Assembly (NCBI GenBank): GCA_032718475.1
Contig: JAUCBJ010000193.1
Span: 38,346 to 102,345 of the forward strand
Source: Nemertoderma westbladi
Taxonomy: Eukaryota > Animalia > Xenacoelomorpha
Length of the DNA stretch: 64,000 nucleotides
Direction: 5' to 3'
Positions 36,744 through 48,885 of this stretch are shown one piece after another (the stretch's first letter is position 1; every line of letters begins with the position of its first letter). Made by a program: the position numbers and the translations under genes. The notes below the pieces were generated by a model that was given only the letters and a program-made list of their open reading frames with translations, ran no database searches and was not told the origin of the DNA.

Positions 36744-37190
36744 TAACTGTCTCAATTGACAGCACACCCTCACTATAGCATAACTAACTGTCTCAATTGA
36801 CAACACACCTACACTATAGCATAACTAACTGTCTCAATTGACAGCACACCTACACTATAGCATAACTAACTGTATTAATTTACAACACACTTACACTATA
36901 GCATAACTAACTGTCTTAATTGACAACACACTTACACTATAGCATAACTAACTGTCTCAATTGACAACACACTTACACTATAGCATAACTAACTGTCTCA
37001 ATTGACAACACACTTACACTATAGCATAACTAACTGTCTTAATTGACAACACACACTATAGCATAACTAACTGTCTTAATTGACAACACACTTACACTAT
37101 AGCATAACTAACTGTCTCAATTGACAACACACTTACACTATAGCATAACTAACTGTCTCAATTGACAACACACCTACACTATAGCATAAC
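36743..37190. repeat. 41-bp tandem array (TAACTAACTGTCTCAATTGACAACACACTTACACTATAGCA), about 11 copies
   Basis: Direct periodicity. Confidence 0.95.
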
Positions 37191-37379
37191 TCTTCTAACT
37201 TTCTCACTTTCTTTGGTGCATTAGCTATGACTACTGTATAATGGCTTATCTTGTTTTTACCGGTAATGTTTAATTATGCAGATTAATTTTAATTTATGTA
37301 AATTAAACAATTTCAATTTCAAGTATCTGTTTGCATTTCCTTTTATTACCTTGGACCTTTGCTGTAGACTTTTCATCAG

Positions 37380-38240
37380 CTCTCGAATTCTGCTAATTTT
37401 ACAGTATGGGTGTGAAGAATGGGCTTACATTACAGCGATAGATGTAGAAAAGTTTCTTAAAACTTCGATAGGAGTTAAAACATCAACACCCAATTTTATG
37501 GTGTATGGAGAGACTGGAGCAGTGCCACTACATTTTCGAAAATTAATGGAGCAGTGCCACTACATTTTCGAAAATGAAATATGTTAGAATGTTGGGTACG
37601 CATCTCAAAACTGCCAGAAAAGCGCTTAACAAAACAAATATATTATACATTACTGAGGGACATCGAATTGGGGAGAAACAATATCACCAATTGGGAAATT
37701 CAAATTCGTGACCTGATAAATAGTATCGGGATGAGTTATGTCTAGGAAGAACACAACGTTGACAATGAGAAAACTTTCCTTGCTAGCGCTAAAAGGAGGC
37801 TTATGGACCAGTTTATACAAAGATGGTGGGCCGATATCGAAACATCACCTAAGGGAAAACTTTACATTAAATCGAATTTCTAAACAGAATCAATTTAAAC
37901 ATTTTAGCAAATCATACAAAATTAAAAGTTTCCTTGGCTCGCCTCCGTTGCTCTTCCCACAATTTGCGCGTGTAAGAAGGCAGAGGGCGGAAAGTGCAAC
38001 CAGCTGAAAGGGTGCCTGTTTTTGCACTTTGCGTGCGATTGAGGACGAAAGACATTTCATCCTGATTTGCCCAGCTTACATAGAATTAAGGGCACAATTA
38101 ATTGCAGAATCATTCTGGCGCTATCCAACAAAACACAAATATCGCAAATTGTTATCAATGAACTCGAAGTCAGTGCTTGTAAATTTGAGCTCATTCATAT
38201 ACAAAGCAATGATACTGAGAACTGAGTTGAACAGGTAGGA
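37380..38240 (+). mobile_element. Old, degraded 3' fragment of an L2/Crack-like LINE ORF2
   Basis: YGCEEW, GVKTSTPNFMVYGETG..PL and IEDERHFILICPAY.ELR (C-terminal zinc-knuckle region), spread over several frames. Confidence 0.7.
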
Positions 38241-38600
38241 ATGGTATGAGATGGAATGGTTATTTAAAGAAATTTATAATATATGTGTAATTGTTGTTTG
38301 GGGCCTGGCAGGACCATAAGTTATTTTTGTTCTGCTTCTCTGATAATGTACTATATCAACAATATTGTGTTGGGTGTTAAATAAAACCCAAATATATAAT
38401 ATTTTGTAGCTGTTGCCAGTTGAAACGTAACTAATGATTATGATTTTCGCATTAGTGTAAAGGTGTTTTTGGCTTTTTAAGGTGTTAAATAATTTATTAT
38501 ATTAATGTTGATGGTAAAATATTGTGATTACCGGTGTTATTGATTGCTGATTTGTGTGCCATACATGTAACGTCAACAATAGCCTTAATTGGCTTGTTTG

Positions 38601-39332
38601 CCCCCCCCCCCCCCCCCCCCCCCCCCTTCACCAGATCCACCCCCACCAGCAGCTCCACACCCCCATACTCCCACCCGATCCATCCCACCACCAGCTCCAC
38701 TCTCCCAATAACAGCCCCCCCACCACCTCTACACCCCCCCACCAGCGCCACCCACACAAGATCCACCCCCACCAGCAGCTCCACACCCCCACCAGCAGCT
38801 CCACACCCCCACCACATCCACCCCACCACCAGCTCCACTCCCCCAACACCAGCCCCCTCACCAGCTCCACCCCCACCAGATCCACCCCCACCACCATCTC
38901 CACTCCCCCAATAACAACCCCCCTCCCACCAGCTCCACCCCCACCCCACCAGATCCACCCCCACCAGCAGCTCCACACCCCCACCAGATCCACCCCCCTC
39001 CCACCAGCTCTTCTCTCCCCAATACCAGCCCCCCCCCACCAGCTCCACTTCCCCAACACCAGCCCCTCACCAGCTCCACCCCAACCAGCTCCACTTCCCC
39101 AACACCAGCCCCACTCCCCCAATAACAGCCCCCCCCCCCCCCACCAGCTCCACCCCCCCACCAGCCTCTACCCCCCCCCCCCCCCACCAGCTCCACCCCC
39201 CACCCCACCAGATCCACCCCCACAAGCAGCTCCACCTCCCCACCAGATCCACCGCCACCACCAGCTCCACTTCCCCAATACCAGCTCCCCCACCAGCTCC
39301 ACCCCCCCCCCCCCCCCCAGATCCACCCCCAC
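38601..39332. repeat. C-rich low-complexity repeat (CCACCAGCTCCAC / CCAGATCCACCCC), G-rich on the - strand
   Basis: Visible directly; ends about 45 bp before the exon-3 acceptor. Confidence 0.92.
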
Positions 39333-39376
39333 CTGTTACTTATTAATATAATATGTAATTATATTTACTGTTTTAG

Positions 39377-42300
39377 GGATCTGCTCCTCGTGATGTTCAA
39401 CTGATTCAAGAGAAAATGGAGGAAATGGAAAGCAAATCGGAAAGATTGGAGGCAGATGTTGAGAAACTGGAGAGTCGGTTGAGAGATGAGCAAAGGGATA
39501 CAGAAAAAAGCAAAACCAGGGCGGATGTTGCGGAGAAGGAAGTAAGGGAGCTAAAGAACCAACGCGACCAACTACTGGAGGATATCCGAGAATATCAGAG
39601 ACAGATGGAGGGGCAACGAGACCAGTTGTACACAAGTAAAGGTGACGATGCCGCCTACAAGGACAAACTGAAGGCCAAGAACCGGGAGGTCCTGGAATAC
39701 TTGGAGGAGATAACCAACCTCACTGTGGCTAATGACCAGCTGCAGAGCCGGGTGGAGTCACTCACTGATAAACTTCGGGACTCATCCAACGAAATGGACC
39801 GAATGACGGATGAACATATTCGTTTACAGGATCTCATTAAACAGCAGGAACACGATAATGAGGAGTTGCGAGTCCAGGTTGAGAATTTGCAGGAAAAAGC
39901 TTTAGAATTCGGTAATATTGAGAAAAATGAGGACCACACGAGTGCACAACTGTATGCACAGTTGCATGGCAAAGCCGAGGAGTGGCAACTATTGATGGCA
40001 GAAAAAGATGCGGAGATGGCTGAACTTAAGCGGGAGTTGAGTGAAGTTAGCGGTCGAGGTATGGGCTATGCTGGACCCTCTGAGGTACCAGGCATTGTCC
40101 TGCAGCAAGCACTCCGCGAGAAAGAGCAGCAAGTGGAACAACTAACCATGCAACTCAATGAGTATGTTCACGAGGCTGAGGCAAATGCTCTTATTCTGGA
40201 GGAAATGAAAACCGCTGGGGATGGTGGTGGTGCCGCAGCAAAACATATAAAGCGCATGACAGCACTTCAGCAAAATATAAAGGTAGCTGAGGAAATGGTA
40301 AAAGCAACAGAAAAACGTGCAAAAGAGGCTGAAGACGATGCAGAGGCTAAAGATAAGCAACTGATGGAGGCTTTAGAAAGATTACGGTTGTTGGAAGCAG
40401 GGGAATATGGTTTGGAGGAAGCTGTTGAGGAGATTAAAGGACTTAAGGCAAACATAAAGGTCCGAGATAGAAATATTGAAGAACTGGTGATAACAGCTAA
40501 CCAACTGGAGGTTAAGATGAATGACCTTTGGGAGGAAAATGATGAGTTACGTCACCGACTGGGCATTGATCCACAGGAGCCATTGGATATTGCCCAGTTC
40601 CGTAAAAACCAAAATGTTAGAGCCCAAGAGGAACGTGGGAGGAATCTAGTTCTAATGAAAGAGGTTGAATCTCTCGAGGAGGAGCGATTAATTTTGAAGA
40701 AGCAGGTAAGAGATTTAGCGGGACAGAAGGGTCAACGAGCTGCTGCCTTAGGTCTCACTGCTGATGATATGATTCAAATAGATACCTTCGCAGAATCTCT
40801 AAAGCGTGGCAGTGGATTCGCAACAATGGCAAGTGGTAAAGGATTGAGTGGTGCTCATCCTCCTCTAGTCAATATCGGCGGACCTGATTATGCACAGAAA
40901 GCATTAGTCAAACAGGAAGCCGAGCTCGATAATGAGAAATCAAAAACTATTGCCTTAGAAAAGGCTATCAACAAGTTGAGAGAGGAAAATCGTGCCTTGA
41001 CCCATGCTGTGAAGGAAATACAACAAGCAATTCATGCTGGGACTACTGTGGTTGAATCACCAACATTAGATAGGTTGGTCCATGTTCTAGAGGCTCGACA
41101 GATGGAAGGTCAATATGATGCTGCTGCTCTTTATAGAGCGCAATTGGATCAGATGGTAGGACACAATGAGGAACTTCGTCATCAGTTGAAAGAGGCAAGT
41201 CAGTCCACCCACAAGATGGGTGTGGCGCTTGAGAAAGAGAAAGTTCGAGGAGATAATTTAGCTCAAGATCTAAAAGGGTTGCAGGATTATAGTGCTGGCG
41301 TGATTGGTGTCCAGGCTCTGCCACTACCGGAAGGGCTTAACCCTGGTGCAGCAGAAACCATTCAATTCCTTGATGATTACCTTATAAAAGTATTGCAAGA
41401 GATGTCACTTAAAGAAGAAATGTTATCCAAATTGGAATCTGCATTAGAGCAGTATAAACGGCGTTTTTCTGTAATGCGTCACCAACAGGGTTTAATTTAC
41501 AAGGATCTCAGTGAACAAAAAATACAATATGAGGCTCAAATTGAAGCATTGGGTCGTGCTAAAAAAGAGGTGGATGGTCTTCGTGAGCAGGATGTTGTTC
41601 GCATTCAGGACTATGCAAGACTTTTGGAGACTCTTGACAAATCCCCAGATGAAATACAGAGGCGTGTTGGAGAATTATCAAGAAAAGTAACGTTACTTAG
41701 AGTGAATGACCGTGCACTTAATCGCCGATTGTCCATTCATACAGATATAGAAAAAGCCATTCGAAAGCAAAACGATAAACTAAATAATGATATAGCCACC
41801 ATGGAATCATCAGTGACGGAGCGAATCGGTTATCTAACTCGCTACAAGGAGGCTGCTAGTTTTAAAATTACCTATTTACAGAAGGTGTTGGATGACAGTG
41901 TACCTTCTGCTGAACTTGACACAGCTAACTTGAAAATTAATGAGTTAACAGCCAAGTACCGAGACCATATTGAAAAAGAGAATAGCCTTGTAGCACGGAT
42001 TACTAAGGTGGATCTATTAGAAGCAGAATTAGCCTCAGTTCATAAGAATGTTTCTGAGCTCAAGAATGAGTTGTCAAAAAGCAAAGAGAAGTTGCATACA
42101 ATGGAAGTGATAAATGAACGGCTTGTTAAATCTAGTGGTGATGTCGATGCAGTTCCAGAAGAAACATCTCTTTCTAGAAGGTTGGCCTTGATGGAGATGA
42201 AAGAACTTAATGAGAGACAGAAGGCAGATCATTCCAATAAGATGTATGACCAGTATAAGACTGCTCTGAGGACTATAGAGGATAGAAACATTGAACTTGA

Positions 42301-45300
42301 AGAAAAAATTGTTGCATTTACCAAACAGAGCTTGGATAATGAAGTCAATGAAAGAGCACTGAGAGATGAACTTAGCAATGCAATTCCCCTATCTGTGGTT
42401 GACAATGAAAGAAAACGGCTGAGAGAAGTAGAAAAATCTGAGTCCACATTAAGGATAGAAACAATGAAACTTAAGGAACTTGTTGATGTAGCTAAAAATC
42501 AGGCTGATATATTGGAGAGTCGAAACATTTCTCGTGATAAAGAAGTGGAATCCCTTCGGTTTCAGCTTCGAGACTATCAGACTGAGTCTGACGATAGGGC
42601 ATTATTAGCAAAGCTACACCACCAAGTTGTTACACTTCAAGTGAGTGAGGGAACTGCAGTTAGAAAATTAGCCCAAAGGGACGTTAAAATTCGCCAATTG
42701 GAAGCCAATCTCAGAAGACTGGAACATCGTCTTGATCAAAAAGATAACCAAATATACCATAATCAGGTTGAAAGCACAAAGAGATCACGTTTCCTTAAGA
42801 AAAATCTCCAGGATTTACGAAGCAAATACAGTGGCTGTGTACCTTTATTTCAACAAGAAAAATTATCAGATCTTATGTACAAATTACAAAAAGAGAAATC
42901 CGAGTTACAGTTGAATTTACGAGTGGCAGAAGAAAAACGTTCTGAAGCTGAGGATAAACTAACTGAAATCAAATTTGAAAAGGATGCCTTGGAAGAATTG
43001 ATGGCTACACTGAAAGATGGCAGAGGAGCCCAAAAGTTAGCGGAGTGGCATAAAAAAGTAACTGATGTTAAACTAAAAGAAGCCAAGATGGCTCGAGCAT
43101 TGGAAAAGTTGAAGGAACAAAATAAATATATGGACAATATGGCTGGTCACCATGAAAGGGCTCTGGCAAGATTAGAAGAAGAAAAAGTGTTGCTTGAGCG
43201 GGAATTGGATGAAAGACAACTCCAGTGGGAGCAACGTGAGGTTGAGATGGAGAGACGGTTGGATGCTGTTGAGAAGCAGCATCTTGAAATGACAGAAGCA
43301 GCTCTTAAGCTTGAATTATCTACTGGTGCTGTACCTGATGCTACATTGCCTCTTCCAGAACAGCTGCAACTATCGATAGAGAAAATTAAGCAACACATCC
43401 ACCAAATACTCGAGTTACGAACAGAAAACAAAGCTTTGAAAAGGGATATTTTAGATTTACAAACTAGAGCTCATATTTCAGATAAGTCTTTAATTTCACG
43501 AGAGAAAGCACTTAATGATTTACGTTTGAATATGCCTACTATGGATGCTAATCAGGTGGCCGACTCAATTTTGAGGGAAGAGGTTGAAAGCAGACTGCGT
43601 TTAGCTGAACAATCAGTCTCGTCACTTCAGTCTCGTTTAAAACAAAAAGAGGAACAGGTTCTCAAATACCAGGATTTGTTAAGAGAAGCTCGCAATGAAA
43701 TCTCTGAACTTAATTATGCTCATGAGCAAGAACTTCGCAACTTACAATCGAAGCTAAATTTTAGCAATGCAGCATCTCTGAGACAACTCAAACAAGATAT
43801 TAATAAGCACCTTGAAGGAGATACTGGTGACCAAAGTGTGCTTCAACTCAAAGTTAAGGAGTTAGAAGATCGCATTGTTTCTCAGGAGAACAATAACTCT
43901 GTGCTTCAGGAGAAAGTGTTACATGCCAAATATGAGACAGAAGAATGGAAGCAACGGGTGGATAGGAAACGAGAGGAATGGATTGTAGAGCGTAAACAGA
44001 TTGTAAATGAACATGAAACAGCCATTGAAAAGTTCCGTAAAGATTTATCAGCTTCTGAAATTGATTGTGGTCAGCAGAAACATGTAATTGGTCATCTGGA
44101 AAATCAACTAAAAAAACAGAAAGAATTAAATGCCAAAGCACCTACATCTACAATGAAGAATCTAGTTGAACGGCTACGTAACCAGCTGGCACTCAAAGAA
44201 AAACAACAGCAGTCTCTTAGCAAAGCACTCACTGATTTGCGATCTGACATGGTTTCTGCAGCTGAGGCTGAAGTGAAATCCAAGGCAAAAGCTGAGGTTC
44301 GTGATGCTAATGTGCAAAAGGTTGTTGACAGAGAAACCAAGGAATTGCAAGTTCGTATTTTAGAACTGACTGGAAAAGTTGATAATTATAGGATAGATAA
44401 TAGGCAACACCGAGAGCATGAAAAAGAACTTCAATGTGAAATTAACCTTTTGAAGGATGATTTAAAAAAGCAACTTTCCTCTCTAAAAAAGCTCAATAAT
44501 GAAGTTAAGGAGAAGGATGACACTTTGAAGGAACTCGAGGCCAAACAATTGCGCCAATCAAAAACACGAGAGAAGATGTTGCATTCTGATGTCAAAGAGA
44601 CAGACAGAAAAGAATTAGAAGATAGAATACGAAGTTTAGAACTTGAATTAGCAGATACATTAAGGCGACAACCAGCTGAAAAGCTATTGAGTCAGAAGGA
44701 AAAATCAACAGTTGAAGAGGTTGCAAAGTGGGAAGAAGGTAAGAAGTGGCAGAGAAAAAATGAAACTCTGAAAAGTAAATTGAGAGATAAAGAAGATGAA
44801 AATAAGAAACTTCATAGAACTAATGAATTGATGAAAGAGACACTCGCCAGATCAGATAGAGACAAATGGAAGACACCTTCATTTGGTGTTGGATCTTCTC
44901 AGAGGTCTTTAGAAAAATATCCGGCATCATTAGATGCGATGCAAAGGCGCAATCACGAGCTTGAAGAAGAGCTATCCATGTTACGAAGGCAACTGTTGGT
45001 TCCTAGAGATATGGCACTGGAGGAAATGAAAATGGAGAATAATCTGCTGAAGGCTAAAGTTAATGATATGGAGTCTCAACTTTTGCTTCACCCTGCTTCC
45101 CCTAAAGGTGCCACACATTTTGAGGAAGCTTATAATCAGCTATATTTACGAGAGCAAGATTTGCAGCAACAAGTTATAAAACTCTCAGAAGATAATATTG
45201 AATTGAGATTCGAGGCAGAAGGCGCGAAAAGAGATACACCTAGATTGAAGGATCGTGTATCGGATCTACAACGGTATAATGATCTTCTCAAACAAGAACT

Positions 45301-46351
45301 ACGTGCAAAACCGGGTGACGACAAGGTTGGCATGAGCGGGCGTTCTGTGCCTGAATTAGAAAGAACAGTGTGCCTTATGAAAAAGGTTGTAGAAAAGGTT
45401 CAAGCTGAAAATGATAAACTTAAAAAAGCCCCAGGAGTTATTACCAATGAAGTAATGGCGGAGCTGAAACGGGAGAATAAGCGATTGAGATCTGAGTTGG
45501 AGCAGATTCGACATGATGTAGGGGGAGTTCTGAGTACGCGTTACGAATCAACACAGCACGGCACTCAGAAGGCCCTTCAAGACAACGAGATCCTGCGAAG
45601 AGATTTGGACAAAGAACGCGCCGAAATGGACCAGCTTCGAATGGAGAAATCTCGTTTAGCACTTCTTAATGAGAAACTCGTTTCTCAAAATGATGAACTT
45701 CAACGGCAATTAACGGCTGCGCAAAGCAAACCAAACCTAGAGGATGTCGATGGTAAGACATGGAAGACGATAGCTACAAGCCGTCTCAATGAAGAAAAAA
45801 TGAAAGCTTTAATTGAAGATTTGGATAAAAAGAATAAACTTGTTTTGGAATCTAGGGAACTGCTCCATGACTCGTCTGAACGGGAAAATATACTTCATCG
45901 TGAAATCAGTGAATTAAAAGATAAATTAGATTCTATATTCGATAGCAGTAATGAAGATACTGGGTGTCAGTTAATGAGGTTGAAAGTTGACCGATTGGAG
46001 AGGGAGAAACAGCAGTTAGCATATGAGTTGGAGTGGTTGCGTAAAGGGGGTACTGCCGAGATACCCACCAGGGGGGAAACCGATGAGCTGCTAGAGCAAC
46101 TTAAAGATAGGGACAACCTCAGACGAGAGAATGTTATACTTCGTACTGAAACAAAGACATTGTCGCACGATATATCGAGACTAAATCAGGAGAATTTTAA
46201 ACTCAAAACTGAACTCCAGGAGTTTGATCCAGCATTCTTTGAAGAAATCCACGACTTAAAGTATAATTACCAGAAGACACTCGAAAGGAATGTTAAGCTT
46301 GAACAACAGTTGTGCCAGTTGGGTTTTAAGAGTTTTGAGACGGGGAAATGA
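39377..46351 (+). CDS. CEP290: CEP290 coding exon 3 (6975 bp), centrosomal/ciliary transition-zone coiled-coil protein
   Basis: Acceptor TTTTAG|GGA in frame with ORF 39416..46351. Diagnostic segments: YGLEEAVEEIK, KEVESLEEERL, RRFSVMRHQQGLIY, LEMKELNERQKA-like, KAPTSTMKNLVERLRNQLALKEKQ, KWEEGKKWQ, FDPAFFEEIHDLKYNY. Confidence 0.95.
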   Translation, partial: GSAPRDVQLIQEKMEEMESKSERLEADVEKLESRLRDEQRDTEKSKTRADVAEKEVRELKNQRDQLLEDIREYQRQMEGQRDQLYTSKGDDAAYKDKLKAKNREVLEYLEEITNLTVANDQLQSRVESLTDKLRDSSNEMDRMTDEHIRLQDLIKQQEHDNEELRVQVENLQEKALEFGNIEKNEDHTSAQLYAQLHGKAEEWQLLMAEKDAEMAELKRELSEVSGRGMGYAGPSEVPGIVLQQALREKEQQVEQLTMQLNEYVHEAEANALILEEMKTAGDGGGAAAKHIKRMTALQQNIKVAEEMVKATEKRAKEAEDDAEAKDKQLMEALERLRLLEAGEYGLEEAVEEIKGLKANIKVRDRNIEELVITANQLEVKMNDLWEENDELRHRLGIDPQEPLDIAQFRKNQNVRAQEERGRNLVLMKEVESLEEERLILKKQVRDLAGQKGQRAAALGLTADDMIQIDTFAESLKRGSGFATMASGKGLSGAHPPLVNIGGPDYAQKALVKQEAELDNEKSKTIALEKAINKLREENRALTHAVKEIQQAIHAGTTVVESPTLDRLVHVLEARQMEGQYDAAALYRAQLDQMVGHNEELRHQLKEASQSTHKMGVALEKEKVRGDNLAQDLKGLQDYSAGVIGVQALPLPEGLNPGAAETIQFLDDYLIKVLQEMSLKEEMLSKLESALEQYKRRFSVMRHQQGLIYKDLSEQKIQYEAQIEALGRAKKEVDGLREQDVVRIQDYARLLETLDKSPDEIQRRVGELSRKVTLLRVNDRALNRRLSIHTDIEKAIRKQNDKLNNDIATMESSVTERIGYLTRYKEAASFKITYLQKVLDDSVPSAELDTANLKINELTAKYRDHIEKENSLVARITKVDLLEAELASVHKNVSELKNELSKSKEKLHTMEVINERLVKSSGDVDAVPEETSLSRRLALMEMKELNERQKADHSNKMYDQYKTALRTIEDRNIELEEKIVAFTKQSLDNEVNERALRDELSNAIPLSVVDNERKRLREVEKSESTLRIETMKLKELVDVAKNQADILESRNISRDKEVESLRFQLRDYQTESDDRALLAKLHHQVVTLQVSEGTAVRKLAQRDVKIRQLEANLRRLEHRLDQKDNQIYHNQVESTKRSRFLKKNLQDLRSKYSGCVPLFQQEKLSDLMYKLQKEKSELQLNLRVAEEKRSEAEDKLTEIKFEKDALEELMATLKDGRGAQKLAEWHKKVTDVKLKEAKMARALEKLKEQNKYMDNMAGHHERALARLEEEKVLLERELDERQLQWEQREVEMERRLDAVEKQHLEMTEAALKLELSTGAVPDATLPLPEQLQLSIEKIKQHIHQILELRTENKALKRDILDLQTRAHISDKSLISREKALNDLRLNMPTMDANQVADSILREEVESRLRLAEQSVSSLQSRLKQKEEQVLKYQDLLREARNEISELNYAHEQELRNLQSKLNFSNAASLRQLKQDINKHLEGDTGDQSVLQLKVKELEDRIVSQENNNSVLQEKVLHAKYETEEWKQRVDRKREEWIVERKQIVNEHETAIEKFRKDLSASEIDCGQQKHVIGHLENQLKKQKELNAKAPTSTMKNLVERLRNQLALKEKQQQSLSKALTDLRSDMVSAAEAEVKSKAKAEVRDANVQKVVDRETKELQVRILELTGKVDNYRIDNRQHREHEKELQCEINLLKDDLKKQLSSLKKLNNEVKEKDDTLKELEAKQLRQSKTREKMLHSDVKETDRKELEDRIRSLELELADTLRRQPAEKLLSQKEKSTVEEVAKWEEGKKWQRKNETLKSKLRDKEDENKKLHRTNELMKETLARSDRDKWKTPSFGVGSSQRSLEKYPASLDAMQRRNHELEEELSMLRRQLLVPRDMALEEMKMENNLLKAKVNDMESQLLLHPASPKGATHFEEAYNQLYLREQDLQQQVIKLSEDNIELRFEAEGAKRDTPRLKDRVSDLQRYNDLLKQELRAKPGDDKVGMSGRSVPELERTVCLMKKVVEKVQAENDKLKKAPGVITNEVMAELKRENKRLRSELEQIRHDVGGVLSTRYESTQHGTQKALQDNEILRRDLDKERAEMDQLRMEKSRLALLNEKLVSQNDELQRQLTAAQSKPNLEDVDGKTWKTIATSRLNEEKMKALIEDLDKKNKLVLESRELLHDSSERENILHREISELKDKLDSIFDSSNEDTGCQLMRLKVDRLEREKQQLAYELEWLRKGGTAEIPTRGETDELLEQLKDRDNLRRENVILRTETKTLSHDISRLNQENFKLKTELQEFDPAFFEEIHDLKYNYQKTLERNVKLEQQLCQLGFKSFETGK

Positions 46352-46364
46352 TTTTAAATATAAG

Positions 46365-46636
46365 AATAAATTTTGTATGTTGAGCCATTGTACGCGATGA
46401 ATATTTTAATTCTAAATTATAATGATTTTAAGTAAAACTTATCTAACTGTACAATGCGTATTGGTTGTAAACATGCAATAATATAGCTTTTATTTTTACC
46501 CAACATTTTTATAAACTTTTTAGTTGATATTTGTATTATTATTTGTATTTGTATCATTTAGTGACCGACTTGCTTATAATTATAATATTTGTAATTAATG
46601 TTTATGAGATGTACCGGTAATTACTGATTGAATAAA
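46365..46636 (+). terminator. Candidate CEP290 polyadenylation signals (AATAAA at 46365 and 46631)
   Basis: Canonical hexamers in an AT-rich 3'UTR; which one is used is unknown. Confidence 0.4.
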
Positions 46637-46673
46637 AAAATAAATATGACTTACAACAATTTTTCTTACACCC

Positions 46674-46820
46674 ACAGGGGCGGATCCAGAAATTGGCTAA
46701 AGGGGGGGCTGACAGGCTGAGCCTGAGGTGGTCCATAATCAGGAGTCTGGGGTCACAGCCCCCAACAGAATTCAAGTGCTGGGAGGAGAGCCGGTTCGGT
46801 TGGGGGCAGGGGTATTGTGT
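46674..46820. mobile_element. Possible single terminus of a non-autonomous DNA transposon (CAGGGGCGGATCCAG...GGGGGGGC)
   Basis: Abrupt GC-rich start resembling common animal MITE termini. No matching inverted end seen; the RTE follows directly. Confidence 0.35.
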
Positions 46821-46821
46821 G

Positions 46822-48885
46822 TGGTCAGGTCAGGTCAGGTATTCTAGGTCATTGATCAAGAAAACTTGCCACCTCCATGCAGCATAAAGGAGGTGCCACC
46901 TGTAGCTGCATAGACCCTCTTACTAGGGCAAATCTGGTCCTGTAACTAGGAGCCCCTTCGTTCTGGGATAAGGACGCCCTGGATTAAGGACCCATATACC
47001 ATGGCCTGGCCAGGCAGATGGTGATCTACCAATGGCTGGTCAGGAGTAGAGTGTTCTCATGTCCACTCTGAGTGCACTTCACTGCGACCTGCACCTGGCA
47101 GCAAGGGTACAGGGCATGACCCAGGAGATGAGCTGCAACAGCCAATGGTGGGTCCTGTGCGCGAGAGTAGATATGGGTGATGGGCCTCATATCTGAGGAA
47201 TCATATCATGCCTGTGGAATGGCAAACCAGGGTGTGGTATTTGCCCTGAGAGCTGACTCGGAAAAAAAGCACCCCCCAACCCCCACTATGGATTACATTA
47301 GTAATGCGGAGGTCCAGTCACTAGAGGCCAGTGGAATGACTGGACACAATCGGCCTCACAGGCGTCAGTTACCTCCTGACCGGCTGCCTGTCTCACCCCC
47401 TACTGGAGAGAGAGCGGCAAACAATTCTTTGAGTCCCTTTCCTGATGACCTTTCTGGCCCCAACCCTGGGTCACCAGGGAGGCCAGATTGTGAGGGGGAG
47501 AGGGATTCTGGAGTTGGAGGCTACTCTCATGTTCCACCCCGACCAACAAAGCCATTGGTGAATCTGAGGCAAGTCACTAGACTAGCCTCAGTAAACACCC
47601 TAACACTCGGGTCCCCAGTGCGACAAGGTGAGCTGACTGCCTTGGAAGATAAGCTTTCTCTTAGTGCAGTGGGTGTTCAAGAGCACCGAATGCAGACTGG
47701 ACAGACTGATGAGGTTCTGATTTTAAGGACATGGGGGCGGTTGGCGACTCGCCCTCGCTTCAGCAGATGATAGTGGCAATGGTGGAATTGGTCTATTGAT
47801 GAATCCAACTGCACATGCAGCATTGGACAAAATAGACCAAATCTCTAACCGCATCATCCGTTGCTACTTCTCATGTTCTGGAAGACTGGCTAAGAAGTTT
47901 CCTAAGGTGGTTCTGATTGTGTGCTATTCTCCAACTAGTGTTGCCCCTGTAGAGGAGGTGGAAAATTTCTACCAGAATCTACAAGCTACTAGTGATGGAG
48001 TGGATCAGCATGCATTCTTAACATTCCTGGGAGACTTTAATGCAAGTCTGCATCAATCACCTACATCGCCCTGGGTCTATAGGAATAGTGTTAACCGAAA
48101 TTCCGTCCTTCAGGATTTTATCTCTGGAAATGGATTGTTTTCGGCTGGAACCCAGTTCAAGAAGCGAACTGGAAATCTATGGACTCATAGTGGACCCAGT
48201 GGTCACCAGTCCCAGATAGACCATATCCTGTTTCGTAGGAAATACAGGAGCTCTATACAAGACTGTAATGCATTTACACTACGACCCTTCTCCAGTAATC
48301 ACCGCCTTATTGTGGCCAAGGTAAGACTTAGTCTGCGTGCTAGCAGAACAACGAAATGCTGCGGCATGACTGGTCCTCTCTGTTGCAACAGCCAAGTGTG
48401 AGATCCAGCTTCACACTACAGCTGAGCAACAGGTATGAGGTTCTTGCCTCTTGAGGCGGCAGATCACTGTGAGGGCTATACTGCCTTCACAGAGGCAGTT
48501 AAGTTAGCAGCTGCAGAAACAGTTCCTGTATACCCTCGAAACAGGAAACGGGCCCCCTGGACTGACAACAAAATTCAGAAGTGCCGAAATGACCTCTACA
48601 AGGCGCAGCAAGAGTCCCGACTCAAACAGACTACAGCGGCCAAGAATGCAGTTAAGGCTGCATCTAGGTCCCTGAACAGGCAGTACTCTGTTAATTTACA
48701 GGAGCTAATAAACCAACAGGTTGATGCCATCAATGATGCTGACGACAGCAGGCAATCATCCCAGGCATAGAGATCGATCAACTTGCTTGCTGGTCGAAAA
48801 AGCCAACCAACCACCAAGGTTAAGGCTGAATCACCAGGCGATCGCCTCAATGGTTGGAAGGCCCACTTTGAAAAGCTCCTCAATA
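46822..48885 (+). mobile_element. RTE copy 7, 5' half (5'UTR + endonuclease), degraded
   Basis: (GGTCA)3 start; frameshifted ORFs 47177..47770, 47796..48401 and 48435..48770. Confidence 0.9.

Noticed and set aside
38497-39351. Pro-rich and Gly/Trp-rich ORFs
   Set aside because: Translation of C-rich low-complexity intronic DNA; no splice model needs them.
39655-45662. Antisense ORFs within CEP290 exon 3 and within the LINE ORFs
   Set aside because: Shadow ORFs of long coding frames, with no recognisable domains.
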